Shown here: positions 1 through 14,493 of the stretch, piece by piece
Layout of the letters: the number at the start of each line of letters is the position of its first letter
Position numbering within the stretch: position 1 is the stretch's first letter
DNA from: the human T2T-CHM13v2.0 reference genome, Homo sapiens
Assembly (NCBI RefSeq): GCF_009914755.1
Contig: NC_060939.1
Direction: 5' to 3' (one strand)
Length of the DNA: 64,000 nt
Made by a program: the position numbers and the translations under genes
The notes under the pieces: model-generated
Told to the model about the DNA's origin: nothing
The model's input: only the letters and a program-made list of their open reading frames with translations
Databases searched by the model: none

Positions 1-1484
1 TTGGGATTCTTGTTTGACATCTGTTTCTCTTGGAGGAAAGATATTTCAGGAACTATAACTCCTATGAATAAGTCTTGAGAAAAAAAATGGAAGGAGAAAG
101 TTCATTTTTCCAAGTGTTCACACTTTACCCACTTAAGACTCTGAGGTCAGAGTTTTCAGAAAGGCCTCATGATAGATTCTTTTGTCTGACACTTTCTACT
201 TCTCCCTACAGATTGCATTTCCAAAGATGGTTGCTAGCTGCTGCCGTTTCCTTTGCTATTTCTGTCGAATTAGCCGGCAAAATCAGAAGGCCATGTTTGA
301 GCATCTGAGTTATCTTCTGGAGAATAGCAGTGTTGGCCTAGGTGCGTAAGTCTTCTTGTAACTTCCACATCCAAACTCGAAGGTTACACTCCCCCTTTTG
401 ACCACTTAGGAAAATACAGGGAAAGGAGCCACATGCACGCTGTGATATTTGTAAATACTAGAAGAGACTCTGCCTGATTTAAAACAATTGAAGTAACGAT
501 GCCACAAGAACGTTCTCCAACAGAAGCAGAGATGTTGCTACCAGCCAAGATTGGTGACAGTTTAGTGTTGGCATAGTCATACAGTTTTACCTCATCTCTC
601 TTGGGACCAGTGGCCCATGGTTTACAAAATGCCCCTGGGATTGCAGGTATAGTCTGGGGGCACAGCTCTTCCCAGCCCACTCAACTGACCAGGGAGCAGT
701 GCTGATGAGACCAAGGTCATGGATCGGATCTCGTCTTGGCAGGCTGGCTGCAGGCTGCATACCTGTCCATCAACCTCCCAGCAAGTGCTTTCCTTAGCGG
801 GGAGGCAGACTGGCCAAGAGCAATCGTGGATAAACAGTGTAAATCCACCACTACCACTAGAAAAGCAAGTCACTGCATATGCCTTACTCACTGTTCTGGG
901 TATAAACGAAATGAATGTGTGTAATACACAAATACTTGCACTTGAAAACTGAAGTTTCACGGGTTTTTATTTCTCAAATGCAACCTCAGGCTACTAACCT
1001 TTTTGTAAAATGCCACCTGAAGTTTTTCTTAATTCTAGCCTGAGAACCAAACAAACAAGTCAAAAACAACATTGGTGACCTGGTGAAACTATATGAGCTA
1101 ATGCTGTTTGATGCTATTTTTAAACTCTAGGTGGTAGCCCCAGAAATATACAGGTTCCACTGGGCTTAGTTGGTCGAGTGGCATCTGATATGGGGGCCTC
1201 AAGAAGTTTTGTGTTAGAAAAGCACTTGGAAATACATGGTCCCGGTTGGTAGTGTGAACCGATTTTCTATTAATTCGTATTCACGGCAATGAATGTGGGG
1301 AGGAAGGATAGCTAATAGAGCTGTTCTTAATGCAAGCGGACTGTCCCATTGGAGAACGGTCATGTAAGCCAGGTTTCAGTGTGTTTGCTGCCCTCTCCTG
1401 TCCGCTTACGTGCACTGCAGTCTCAGCTCAGCACTGAGTGTCTTCCTCTGTCCTTTTCTTGCTAATTCTCCCCTCCTCCCTCAG

Positions 1485-1588
1485 CCTCCCCGTCGATGAG
1501 GGGATCCACCCCGCTGGATGTGGCAGCTTCCTCTGTGATGGACAACAATGAGTTAGCGCTGAGCTTAGAGGAACCAGACCTCGAGAAG
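1485..1588 (+). CDS. RYR3: RYR3 exon A ([34 protein letters not shown])
   Basis: Long pyrimidine tract + tcag acceptor; AAG|gtaacc donor; 104 nt. Confidence 0.95.
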
Positions 1589-3809
1589 GTAACCGGCCCT
1601 TGGGGTGGCAGTGTGGTGTTCTCTTCAGCCTGTAGTGCAGCTAAGCTAAGGATAAGCAGACCACAGATGGAGTCTCTGTCACTGTATCGTCATCTTGGTG
1701 GGCTTGTAGGGAAAGTGTGAAAGAATGTGAGTAACCGGTAGCAGCACAACGATTATGACCAAGGGATCTCCTGTGAACACAGGTAGCCAGCTTCAGAGAC
1801 ATGTGGACATTTGTGTTCTTCGTGTGTGGAAGCCCAGCCTCGTTGGTCTACATGGAACATTACCAGATGCCGGTGGTTCCTAATAAAGTTCTGCGTAATT
1901 TACAGATTTATAAATCTACCTATGGAAGGAAGAGACATGGCAGAATACTGTATAATCAGTGTCCTTTCCATGTGTAACTGAGACAAACTGAGCTGCCCTC
2001 TGCTGGGAGTGTGGATGAAGCTCCTGGTGGTGGAGCTGGTTGAGGCGGCCTCACTACGTCTTTTCCCCATCCCTTTCTTTAAATGATGTCCTTGACCGGA
2101 GGGCTGACAGGATTCACAGTGTGACCTTCTGAGTGGAGCAGAGCAACCTGGAGGGGGAGGGGGGTGGAGAGGAGGGACGTGGGCAAGTCAAAGACAAATC
2201 AAAGGTCATCATTATGTAGGGGGTTTGGGAGCACACGGAAAAGGGCACCTGAGCCTGACTAGGGGATTGGGAAGGTCACTCAGAAACAGTCATGACTTGA
2301 GGGATGAGTAGAAGCTGATCAGCCGCATTGTTGGGGAAGCATGCCAGGGATGTTTGCATGTCCGAGAGGAGAGTATGGCGTGCTGGGGAATAGGAGACTG
2401 GGTATGACTGAAGCACAGAGTACCTGGGGGATGTGGTGAGAATGCAGCAGAAGCAGTGAGGAATTGAACTTATGCTACCATTTCTGTTACTAAAAGAAAT
2501 TCATGCTCATACACTGTGCCAGGCTTTATTCTGAATGCTTCCCACAAATGAACTCACGTGACCCTCAGACCAAGCCCTTTCATTGTTGCCTGCCAGTTAC
2601 GGGCAAGGAAGTGGAGGCATAAAGAGATTGGGTGGCATCCTCAGTGTCATGCGGTTAGTCAGTGGCACAGCCAGGCATCGAGAGCGCTGGGCTGTGGAGG
2701 CAGTGCTCCTACCCATTTTATTACAGGAGGTCACCGTAGAGCCAAGAGTGGTGGAAACCACTGGAGAGTATTAGGCAAAGGGGCAACACGATACAATTCA
2801 TATTTTAGAAAACACCCCAGTTTCAGTAAGAAGAACTGAACAGAAACAAGTCTTGAGGCAAGGAGGAGAGTTTTGGTAGTAATCAAAGCCCAAGACTGTG
2901 CTGGCTTCAATTAATATTGATGCAGTGGGTGTGAGAAGCGTTTGAAGCCAGGGGACCGATCTATCACAGGACAAGTTGCAGCCATTAATTAGATATCAGT
3001 TCAGCCCATGTTTTCCTCCAAGGAGTGCAGGAGGTAGAGCAGATCTGAGGAGGCCGGCGATGAGTTTGGGGTCTGTCAAGTTTAAGGGGCCCCAGGGCTC
3101 CCAAATGGCATTGTCAAGTAGGGAATTGACGACCTGGCAGTAAATCTCAGGAGAGCTCTCTGAGCTGCAGATAGAGCACACAGAGGGTGGTTGAAGCGCT
3201 GGGGGTACATGAGGTGACTCCAAGGGCTGGTCTGGAGCAAGAAAAGAAGCATAGCCAGGCCAGAGCCCTGAGGACCACCAGCATATTTAAGGGAGTCGCT
3301 GAGGAAAAGGCACCAACAAAAAACAGGAAGAGGAGCAGCCAAAAGGATGAGAAAACCCAGCAAATCTAGTATCTGAGAAGCTGAGAGGGAAAATTGAGAA
3401 ATAAATACACATTTTTTTCTTCGTGTCGCATAGTGAACGTGGGGTGGCTCAAAGAAGACAGGGTGAGGAAAGAGAGAGAGGGGTTGTCTTGATTAAACGA
3501 TTGTGGCAGCAGATGGCCTTCCTCTAGCTGAGGCAGCCACACAGAACACAGATTTACCACTCACGAAGATTCTGCTGTTTCAGGCCTTGGCAGAGAATCA
3601 TTGGCCAAGCTGCAAAACCATGTCTGATCTATTAAGATGAGATGATAATTACCCACCAATAATTCGTTGACATTTTTCAGTTAGTAAATTCTATTTCAAA
3701 TGCATTCAACTGATAATTACTGAGGGCCTATCATGAACCAGACAGACAAAACGCCCGTGTTTGTGCAGCATATTTCTAATGGGAGGAACTTTCCTTGTAG
3801 TAAGAGAGG

Positions 3810-4192
3810 ATATTACTTTGCTGGGGCTGCCATAACAAAGTACCACAGGTTGGGTGACATAAACATCGGAAATTTATTTTCTCACAGTTCTGGAAGCTGG
3901 AAGTCCAAGATCGAGGTGTGCGCAGGTTTGGTTTCTTCTGAGGCTTCACCTCCTGGCTTGCAGATGGCCACTGTTTTGCTGTGTCCTCACGTAGTCTTTT
4001 CTTTGTGTGCACGTATCCTTGCTATCTCTCTGTGTGTCCAGATTTCCTCCTCTTGAAGGACATGACCCCAACAACTCAGTTTAACTTAATCACCTCTTTA
4101 CAGCCCCTATATCCAAATACAGAAACATTCTGGGATATTGAGGGTTAGGGCTTCCACATGAAATTTGCGGGAGACAATTTAGCCCATGACAG
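3810..4192 (-). mobile_element. MLT1-family MaLR LTR
   Basis: gctgccataacaaagtaccaca...tctcacagttctggaagctggaagtccaagatc...acaatttagcccatgaca; boundaries approximate. Confidence 0.75.
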
Positions 4193-4496
4193 AGGGGTTT
4201 GTCTTTGAGTTGGTCATTTTATTTTGTTCTTTAAAGTATTTTGAAATATCAGACATTTTTACAATAATATTTTGAGGCGACAAATTTAAGTGAAAGCATT
4301 TTTTTTTATTTTGTCAGATTCAATCAGTATTTCCAATGGACTTCATTGGGTCCCTTATAAATCATTAAGTTAAAAGCAGGAATCAAGGAAAGAATCTATT
4401 TACTGGCCTTATCAAATATGATGTTTATCAAACAACCCAATACCATAATAATACCATAATAGAAGAACCTTGCTTTTTAACATTCTGTTAAAAGAG

Positions 4497-4846
<350 letters not shown>

Positions 4847-5564
4847 TTACGGTTAACTTTAATAAGCAATCCCAGCTGCAAACGGAGTAAGTGAAAATGA
4901 CCAGACCAGAGGGAAATGTTAGAAGTTGCTCCTCCAGGCTCTGTAGGCCTGTGTTGTGAAGGGTACCAGCCACCTCCTGCATACACACAAGACTCAAGCA
5001 CCATGCCACCTGTCGTGAGAGCTTCCATAAATGCTGTGTCTATTCATGGTCTCTGCATCTAGAGGGAGAGACCTCAGCCAAACCCTGTTATTCGTACATT
5101 TAGATGACAATAAATAGCTCAGTGTTTTAGGTGGTATGACGATAACCGATGCTTGTGTGAAAAGCAGCTGAATGGGTCTTTTTGGACAAGGCAATGCCAC
5201 AAGGTTTTGAACTCCATATCCTATTCTCAGCCTCAGTTCATCTTTTGAAACAGTGTTGCTCAGCAAAGACATGGAGCCTCCATTGGAAGAAGTCAGATGT
5301 GATTAACGCAGGCCAGCAAGCTGGAGAGGGAAGAAATGGGCGCTTTGGGAAATCTGTAAAGGGGATGAGGTTTGCCACACCGTTTTCAAGTAGTTGGGGT
5401 GGCTTAGCACACTGCTATAGACTTTATTCAGCCCAATGTCAGGAAATTACCCAAGTTTGGTTCACAGGAAAGAACAGCAAAGGACTGGTATGCTGGAGTT
5501 TCTTCCTTCTATTGATCACGCCAGAAATTAGATCATTTAGGATTGAACAGTAGCCCTACCCCAA

Positions 5565-5631
5565 CACATACACACACGCATATGCACACACACATGCACA
5601 CACACTCTTTCTCTCTCTCTCTCTCTCTCTC
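5565..5631. repeat. (CA)n-(CT)n compound microsatellite
   Basis: Seen directly. Confidence 0.9.
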
Positions 5632-6694
5632 ATATGGGCAATTATAGCAGCCTGTGAAATGTCTGCACCTGCAATCTTGAAAACTCTGCCCAATTCTGGC
5701 CCTTATTGATGCTTCCCTGACATTTTAAAGACAAAATCAAATCTGAACTCTAAGCAGAATATTATCTTTACTGGTTTAAGAAGGAAAAAGTGTGGTGATA
5801 GATTCTTGCTGAGTTTGGCCTTATTTTTATTATACTTGCAAAATAGAATATTTGACATCAGCAAGTAAGTGATTCATTGAACAAACATTTATTGAACAGC
5901 TACTATGTGCTAGGCCCTGGAGGTTAAAAAAAATCTTAAAAAACACCATCTCTGACTTTGAGGATTTTGGAGCACTGTGGATTCTCCTCTTCTCTGTGTA
6001 TACATAAGATATCAAAGGTGAAATTAGAATAGCAACTGCGTTTTAATCAAAGGTATATTTGCCAGGCTTTTTGCCTGAAAGCTGCTGAAAAGTAGAACAG
6101 AATCTAAAATCTTCTGTAAGATCCTAGCACAGAGATCTCGTGATAAGTGTCTGGTAACCTGGAAGCAAAGAGACCACCACCAGTCCCAGTCCTTAATGGA
6201 TGGGGATCTCTTTTTCTGGCCATCCCAACCTCAACATCTTGGCTTTTGACTTTGGACAGCTGTTGTGGATGCAGAACGAGAGTAGACACCCCTGATTACT
6301 CAAGGGCCCACTCTGGGTCAGTCAGTGACTGAATATTGTAGCCTTGCAATACCATGGCCAAGTGAACATGGCCCGCCCCCAGTGGGCCCTTCTTTTCCTG
6401 CACTGTTGTCTCCCCAGATGTACGCTAGCTAGGCTTATTTTTAAATGACAGCTCCCTCTTGCCAGAACTGGAAAAACCAGGAACTGACAGTACATGGTGT
6501 GTTCCTACATAACAATGATAATCAATCTTGTTAATCACTTGGAAACAAAAAATGAATTGGAGGCTCTTTCTAGCCTCCAGGGAAATGGAAGCCTTTCAGT
6601 TCTTAGAATTTCACAGGCCTCACAGCTATCTTATAAAAAAAAAAATAAAAACTTAAGCAGTTCTTTCTTTGTTTGTTTCTTATATACGTGTAAG

Positions 6695-7387
6695 ATTTAT
6701 TTTTAAATTTTATTGTGTTAAAATACACAAAATATATAATTTACTATCTTGATCATTTTTAACTGTATATGTAGTATTCAATACTTTTGTAATGTTGTTG
6801 AACTGTCACCACCATCTATCTCCATAACTCTTTTCATCTTGTAAAACTGAAATTCTAGACCCACTTAACAATAACTTTCCATTCTTCCCTCCCCTCCCCC
6901 AAGTCCCTGGCAACCACCATTCTACTTTCTGTCTTTATGGGTTTTACTACTCAAATTACCTCCTATGAATGGAACGATACGGTATTTGTCTTTTTGTGAC
7001 TGGCTTATTTCACTTAGCGAATGTCCTCAATGTTCTTCACGTTGTAGCATGTATCAAGATTCTGTTCCTGTTTAAGGCTGAATATCCCATTGTACGTATA
7101 TATCACGTTTTGCTTATTCATTCATTCATCCATCAGTGGCCACGTGGGTTGCTTCCACATTTTAGCTTTCAATTATTTGGGGGTATATACCCAGAAGTGA
7201 AATTGCTGGATCATATAGCAATTCTGTTTTTAATTTTCTGAGGATCTGTAGTACTGTTTTCCACAGTGGCTGTACCATTTTACATTCTCACCAGCAATGC
7301 ACAAGAGTTCCAACTTCTCTACATCCTCAACCAACACTTGTTATTTTTTGAGGTGTGTTTTTTAATAGCCATCCTAATGCGTGCGAA
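6695..7387 (-). mobile_element. Old L1 (L1M-type) 3' fragment
   Basis: ggcaaccaccattctactttctgtc...gggtatatacccagaagtg...tttaatagccatcctaat, typical antisense L1M 3' end. Confidence 0.8.
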
Positions 7388-7414
7388 AGAACACTTTTGT
7401 ACTGTTTCTGGCAG

Positions 7415-7550
7415 GTGGTGACCTACTTGGCAGGCTGTGGCCTACAGAGCTGCCCCATGCTTCTGGCCAAAGGATACCCTGATGTCGGCTGGAACCCCAT
7501 TGAAGGGGAACGCTACCTGTCCTTCCTGAGGTTTGCTGTCTTCGTGAACA
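7415..7550 (+). CDS. RYR3: RYR3 exon B ([45 protein letters not shown])
   Basis: ctggcag acceptor; ACA|gtgagt donor; 136 nt. Confidence 0.95.
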
Positions 7551-9156
7551 GTGAGTCCCACATTTTTCCATACCTCTTATACCCAGAATAGCATGATCGT
7601 GGATACCTACAAGGAAAAGGATATCCTTTCCATTGCTTCTTATCTGAAAATAGGGGGTTGGTGGCTGGCAAGAGAAATCTTAGGGAGAATCACAGGTGTT
7701 TGGTGGCTGGCAAGAGAAATCTCAGAATCAGGCCAGACAAGGATAAAGAGTAGAGTCCAGTGAACAGAGCACTGAGCATTAGTCCCAGGTCCAGCAAGAA
7801 ACTCACCGCAGAGAGGTCATCTCTCTGCACTGTAAAAGGGGGCCTTATGAATATCATCATTAATACCTCACCTGTTTCACAGAGCTAAATGCACATGTAC
7901 ATCTAGATCCCTGGACTGTTGGATGGATGGATGGATGAATGAATAAAATCAAGTATAACTGAGTAGCTGTAAAAGATAAGTAAACTCCCAGGAGAAAAAA
8001 ATTGCTATAACAACCCTAAATATTATTTGTCATAATACAATCTACCTCCCATTTATAGTGAATTCCAACACAACCAGAATTCTTTAGTTGCTCTGGAATA
8101 ATATGCTGAATATTATGTAAATAAGTGGGGTACTTTCTTGAAAATGAGCCTTGCCTCCTAAGAATTTTTGTTATAATACTAATTCATTTGTATTGACATT
8201 ATAGTTATAGTCCCTCTCTGTTCTCTCAGTTTGGGGTTCCAGGCTAACAAATTGCACTAAGCAGGTTAGGTGATCTCAAAGAGAGATTGCAGCTAACACA
8301 CAATCATGCCAGTTGTTCTAAGAATTTGTCTCAAAATATGTTGATATAATGTGATCATTATATTCCCGTGTGCTTTTCTTGTTGTCTCTCTACCCTCCCA
8401 TTTCACCTGCTTACTTTTCTTCACTGTACTATACTATAGTCTTAATATTTAAATGGTTTCTTTTCTCCTTGTCCTGGTTAGATTGCAGGCCTTGAGGTGG
8501 TTGCTTGTTATCCCTGGAACCCACCCAGCCAACTTCCTAATCAACTCTCTCTGCTTCTCTCTGCGTATTCATCACTGCATCCTTCTTGTTTATCACCAGC
8601 TTTGCTAACCTCCATTTTCTTCTCTTGAGGGCAGTTTTAGAGTATCCTCTAATAGCCTGGTTCACTTTGTATCCAAATTATCACATGTCCAGAATTAACA
8701 CGGAGTTACTGTAGGAGTAAAGCAAATTTGTGGGTGTATGAAATGGATATTAAGAATTTATACAGCTCGCCAAATTATGTAAATAGATTGTTTGCAGACA
8801 AATCTGATCAAGGCAGAACCAATTTATTCATCTTGGTCACCTTCACAGTCAAGATCAAGAGCTTTTTGAGTCATTTTATGAGACCATCTACCTGGATCGT
8901 GAAGGTAAAGGAATCGACTGGCTCTTCTTCTACCCGGATTGCTAAATTCTAACACTTGCTTTTGTGGGTTAGGTACAACAATATTGAACTAAACTCTAGA
9001 CCAAAAGGTTTGGTCCACCCCTTTTGTTTTCAGGTTATTTTATATCTTTTCAATATATTTTCTGCACTACAATTCTATAATGCAACAAACTCTGGCAAAC
9101 TGGCCCATCAATAGAAATATTTGTGGATTTCAGTTTAATGTTTGTCTCTATAATAG

Positions 9157-9634
9157 TGTTATATATATAAAGTTTCGGTGCCACAAAAGAAATAGCACTT
9201 GAATATAAAATTTTCCTTTTAATTCTCAGCAAGGCAAGGTACTTCTTTAGAAGGGTGTGCCCTTACAGATGGAGCAATGGTGAGCACACACTTGGACAAA
9301 GGAGGGGAGGGGGTTCTTATTCCTGATGCACGTGGCCCCTGCTGCTGTGTCGTTCCCCTATTGGCTAGGGTTAGACCGCACAGGCTAAACTAATTCCCAT
9401 TGGCCGATTTAAATAGAATGACGGGGTGAGTGCTTCGGCGGGAGTCAGGACAGAGCAGGTAGCAGGTAATCAGAATAAGTCAGGGTGGAGCAGGTGATCA
9501 GAATGAGTCAGGGTGGAGCAGGTAATCGAAAAAGTTTGCTTTAGGAGGAAGTTAGGTTTGAAAGTAGAAGGCAAAGAATTGAACATAATGACATATTAAT
9601 TCTTTGAAAAGAAATTTAGAGCTCATATCTAACA
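9157..9634 (-). mobile_element. ERV1 solo LTR, LTR10-like
   Basis: TG...CA ends; reverse strand begins tgttagatatgagctctaaatttc; 28-bp internal tandem repeat; 4-bp TSD atag/gtag. Confidence 0.75.
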
Positions 9635-9942
9635 GTAGCCGTGTCTAGTTTTGGCAAAGGATGTCAGCTTCTCCTTTCAAAGAATTTTCAGTCTTTTAAG
9701 GGGAGCAGACATGGACAGAGATCACTACAATAAAAGTAAGTGGAGTAAGGCAGGGAGAGAGCACTGAAGGGGTTCAAGAGGGGAAACTTATATCTTATTG
9801 AGGAGATCAGAAAAGGCCTAATGGAGGAGGTGATGTTAGAGATAAGCTTTGAAAGGTCAAGTTTCCAAATACATAGATTCAGTTGAGAAGCAGCATGTAC
9901 AGTAGCTGAAAGGCTAAAGCATGCTGTGCTCAGGAAACCTAG

Positions 9943-10301
9943 TGCTATTGTTTAAATGTGTCCCCTAAAAAGCATGTTTTAGAAACTTAATCCCGAGAGT
10001 TGGGAGATGGGGCCTAATTGGAGGTGTTAGGTCATGAGGACCCAACACCTCATGAATGGGTTAATGCCCATTATAAAATGGCTGGAGGCCACGAGTTCAA
10101 CATCTTGCTTTCTTGTGCACACTCTCTTGCCATGTGATGCCTTCTGCCATGTTATGATGCAGTGAGAAGGCCCTTAACAGATGCACCTCCTTGATCTTGG
10201 ACTTCTCAGCCTCCAGAATCATGAGCCAAATAAACCTCTATATTGTATAAATTACCTAGTCTTTGATATTCTGTTATAGCAGCACAAAACAGACTAAGAT
10301 A
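9943..10301 (+). mobile_element. MST/MLT1A-type MaLR solo LTR
   Basis: tgctattgtttaaatgtgtcccc...cttgatcttggacttctcagcctccagaa...acagactaagata. Confidence 0.75.
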
Positions 10302-10835
10302 CCTTAGTCTGGAGGGTAGATGCATGGATGGCACTGGTAAGACATGCGGTTTAAAAGGTAGGTGGTTATAATGGGGAAAACCTAAATGCCAAGTTGAAAA
10401 GTTTAGTATTGATTCAGCGTGTAGAGAGCTGTAAAACTTTTTAACAGAAGAGAGACTGATGGGTTGATACCCACTCATGGGTTCTGTACTCAGGTTAGAA
10501 TAATGAGTTTCTAAATTATTATGGTGTTGGTAAAATGGACTAGAAGAGATACATTTGAAAGAAATTACTGAGGTGGAATTCACAGGACTGTATTAGACCA
10601 TTCTTGCATTGCTATAAAGAAATACCTGAGACTTGATAATTTATTAAGAAGAGAGGTTTAATTGGTTCACAGTACTGCAGGCTTTATAGGAAGCATGGTG
10701 CTGGTATCTACTAAACTTCTGGTGAAGCCTCAGGGAGCTTCCGATCATGGCAGAAGGCAAAAATGGACTAGGCATGTCACATGGCGAAAGCAGGAGGAAG
10801 AGAGAGAGAGTAGAGAGGCTGGAGGTGCCATACAC

Positions 10836-10986
10836 TTTTTTTTTTTTTTTTTTTGAGACAGGGTCTTGCTCTGTCACCCAGGCTGGAGTGCAGTGGTGCA
10901 ATCTTAGCTGACTGCACCCTCGACCTCCCAGCCTCAAGCAATCCTCCCTTCTCAGCCTTCCGAGCAGCTGGGACTATAGGCATGCC
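10836..10986 (-). mobile_element. Alu right-arm fragment (AluJ/S-like)
   Basis: polyT-gagacagggtcttgctctgtcacccagg...gggactataggcatg; then abruptly MST internal sequence. Confidence 0.85.
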
Positions 10987-11701
10987 AGTGGCTCTACCAT
11001 CCTGGGGTCTGGAGGGTGGCTCCCCACAGCTCCACTAGGCAGTACCCCAGGAGGGACTCTGCATGGAGCCTCCAACCCCACATTTCCCGTCTGTACTGCC
11101 CTAGTAGAGGTATTCTGTGAGGCTCCACACCTGCAGCAGGATTCTGCCTGGGGACCCAGGCTTTTCCATACATCCTCTGAAATCTAGGTGGAAGCTGACA
11201 AGTGTTCTCCACTGTTGCATTTTGCATACCTACAGGCTTAACACTACATGGAAACTGCCAAGAGTTATGGCTTGCATTCTCCAAAGTGGCAGCCCAAGTT
11301 TTAGCTGGGCCCGTTTGAGCCACAGCTAGAGTTGGAGCAGCCAGGATATATGGGGAGCAATATCATGAGGCTGCCCTGGGCCTGGCCCACAAGTTAATTC
11401 TTCCCTCCTAAGCCTCTGGGCCTATGATGGGAGGGGCTGCCATGAAGGTCTCTGAAATGCCTTTGAGGCCTTTTCCTCATTATCTTGGATGTTAGCACTT
11501 GGCTCCCTTTTAGTCATGCAAATATCTCTAGTAAGTAGTTGCTCTACATCCTACTTGATTTCCTCTTCTGAAAAAGCCTCTTCTTTCTCTGCCACATGGC
11601 AAGGCTGCAAATTTTCCAAACTTTTACACTCTGTTCTTGTTTAAATAAATTTCCAACTTTAAGTCATTTATTCATTTTCACATCTGAACATAGGTTGTTA
11701 G

Positions 11702-12033
<332 letters not shown>

Positions 12034-13659
12034 ACCAGGCCACTTCTTGAACACTTTGCTGCTTAGAAGTTTCTTCCACCAGGATACCCTAGGTCATCAC
12101 TCTCAAGTTCAAACTTCCATCGATCCCTAAGGCACGAACAGAATGCAGCCAAGTTCTTTACTAATGTGTAATATGCATGACCTTTGCTCCAATTCCAAAT
12201 AAGTTCCTCATTTCCACCTGAGACCTCAGCAGCTTGGACTTCACTGTCAGCATTTTGGTCACAACCATTTAACTGGTCTCCAAGAAGTTCCAAACTTTCT
12301 ATCATCTTCTTCTGAGCCCTACAAACACTTTCAATCTCTGTCACCTACCCAGTTCCAAAGCTGCTTCCACATTTTCAGGTATCTTTATAGCAATACCCCA
12401 ATCTTTGGTACAAATGTTCAGTATTAGTCCATTCTTGCATTACTCTAAATAAATACCTGAAACTGGGTGATTTGTTAATAAAAGAAGTTTAATTGGCTCG
12501 TGGTTCTGCAGACTTTACAGGAAGCATGGTGCTAGCATCTGCTTGGCTTCTGGTGAAGCCTCTGGGAGCTTTCAATTGTGGCAGAAGGTGAAGGGGGAAT
12601 AGGCACATCATAGGGTGAAAGCAGGCATAAGGCAAGGGGGAGGTGCCACACACTTTTAAATGGCCAGATCTCTTAAGAACTCACTGTTGTGAAGACAGCC
12701 TCAAGCCATGAGGGATCTGTCCCCATGATTCAAACACCTCCCACCAGGCCCCACCTCCAGCATTGGGGATTACAATTCAACATGAGATTTGGGCAGGGAC
12801 AAATATACAAACTGTATCAAGGACTGAATGGTGATGATGATGGCTGAGCCTAGGTATGTTGAGAGAAAAGGAACAGAGGTCACATTGAAGCTTAAAGATT
12901 TTTGAGGGTAGAGAGAAAGAAATAAGGATGTCAGAAGAAGCAAAATGGTTTGAGATGGAAGGTAATAAGCTTGGCTTGGGTCACATTATATTGATTTTTC
13001 TGTGTACAGTACCCATATAGAGATACCCCTAATTGAATTTGTAGGATAGAAATCAATCAACAGATTAGAACTAAGTAGATTTGCAGTCCATTGGTAGCTC
13101 AAATGCTTCACAGTAGGTTGCCACAGGTGAAGGCATGAAAAAGAAAAATGTGGAGAGTATGAAAAAGAAAAATGAGAATATTTCTGAATACTTAGGAGGA
13201 GGAATAGTGGCTCAATCACAACAGAATGTTACAGAAGAGTTTGGAGTAGAGAATGGAGTAACTTGGGTTCAAATTTGGCTCTATCATTTACTAGTTGTGT
13301 GAATTGAAGCAAGTTAGTCAAAATACCTAACCTCAGTGCTTTTTTATGTGTAAAACAGAGATGATAATAATGTATGCCTCACAGAGTTGTGAGGCTTAAA
13401 TGAAATAATCCATGGAAAACTTAGATCAGCCCAGTGCCACAAACCTTATAAACTTGTAGTTATGATAGTTGTTGTTCATGATCTTTACGAGAGTGGTAGG
13501 GCATTTGAAATGGGAAAACTGTAATAAACAGATTTCTTTGGAATCTCAAAGCCCTTTATAAGTCCTTATGTCTAAAAGGTGATTCAAAAGGACTTTCTGA
13601 ATACCTTTGTGAACTCTGCTCAGCAATGTAAGATAAAAGTGATATAAGGAATCGTGGCA

Positions 13660-14025
13660 GATGATGGAAGTATTCATGGTGGGTGATGGTAGATGATGGT
13701 GGGTGGTGGTATATGATTATGGTGGGTGATGGGGTGTTCATGGTGGGTAATGGTGAGTGGTAGTGGGAATTGTGATAGTGGGTGATGAATGGTGATGATG
13801 CTAGTGATAGTGGAATATGATAGTTGGTCAGTGGTTATAGTGAGTTGTAGGGTGACTGAGGTGGGTGGTGGTTAGTGAAGGTAGACATGGTGATGGTGGT
13901 GGGTGATGATGATGGTGATGATGGGATATGATGGTTGGGTGGTGCATGGTCATATAGGGGGGTTATAAGGGTGAGTGTGGTGAATGATGGTGAGTGATGA
14001 TGGGGGTGGTGAGGGTTGTGTGAGG
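13660..14025. repeat. (GGT/GAT)n low-complexity tract
   Basis: Seen directly. Confidence 0.85.
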
Positions 14026-14127
14026 ATAACAGCTAACACTTATTGAGCATTTACCATGTGCCAGGCACTGTTCAAAACACTTTTACATATATTAACTTTA
14101 ATTATACGACAATCCAATGAGGGAAGC

Positions 14128-14493
14128 ATCTTAGTCTGTTCAGGCTGCCATAACAAAATACCATAGACAAGGTAGCTTATAAACAACGTAAATTTATCTC
14201 TTACACTTCTGAAAGCTGGGAAGTCCAGGATCAAGGTGCTGGCAGATTCAGTGTCTGGTGAGGTTTCCTGGTTCATAGATGGTGCCTTCTCACTTTGTTC
14301 TCACATGGTGGAAGAGGCAAGGCAGCTCTCTGGGGCCTCTTTTGTAGTGGCACAAATCCCATTCATGAGGGCTCTGCCCTTATGACTTAATTACCTACCA
14401 AAGGCCCTACTGCCTAATATCGTCACCTGGACAGTTAGGATTTCAACATGAATTTTGGAGGGTGTGGGGGACACGAATATTCAGACCATAGCA
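14128..14493 (-). mobile_element. MLT1A-type LTR nested in a MIR
   Basis: tcttagtctgttcaggctgccataacaaaataccataga...attcagaccatagca; MIR-like sequence on both flanks. Confidence 0.75.

Noticed and set aside
9461-9527. CRISPR-like short repeats (also 7658-7722)
   Set aside because: LTR VNTR or local duplication in mammalian DNA; no spacer array and no cas genes
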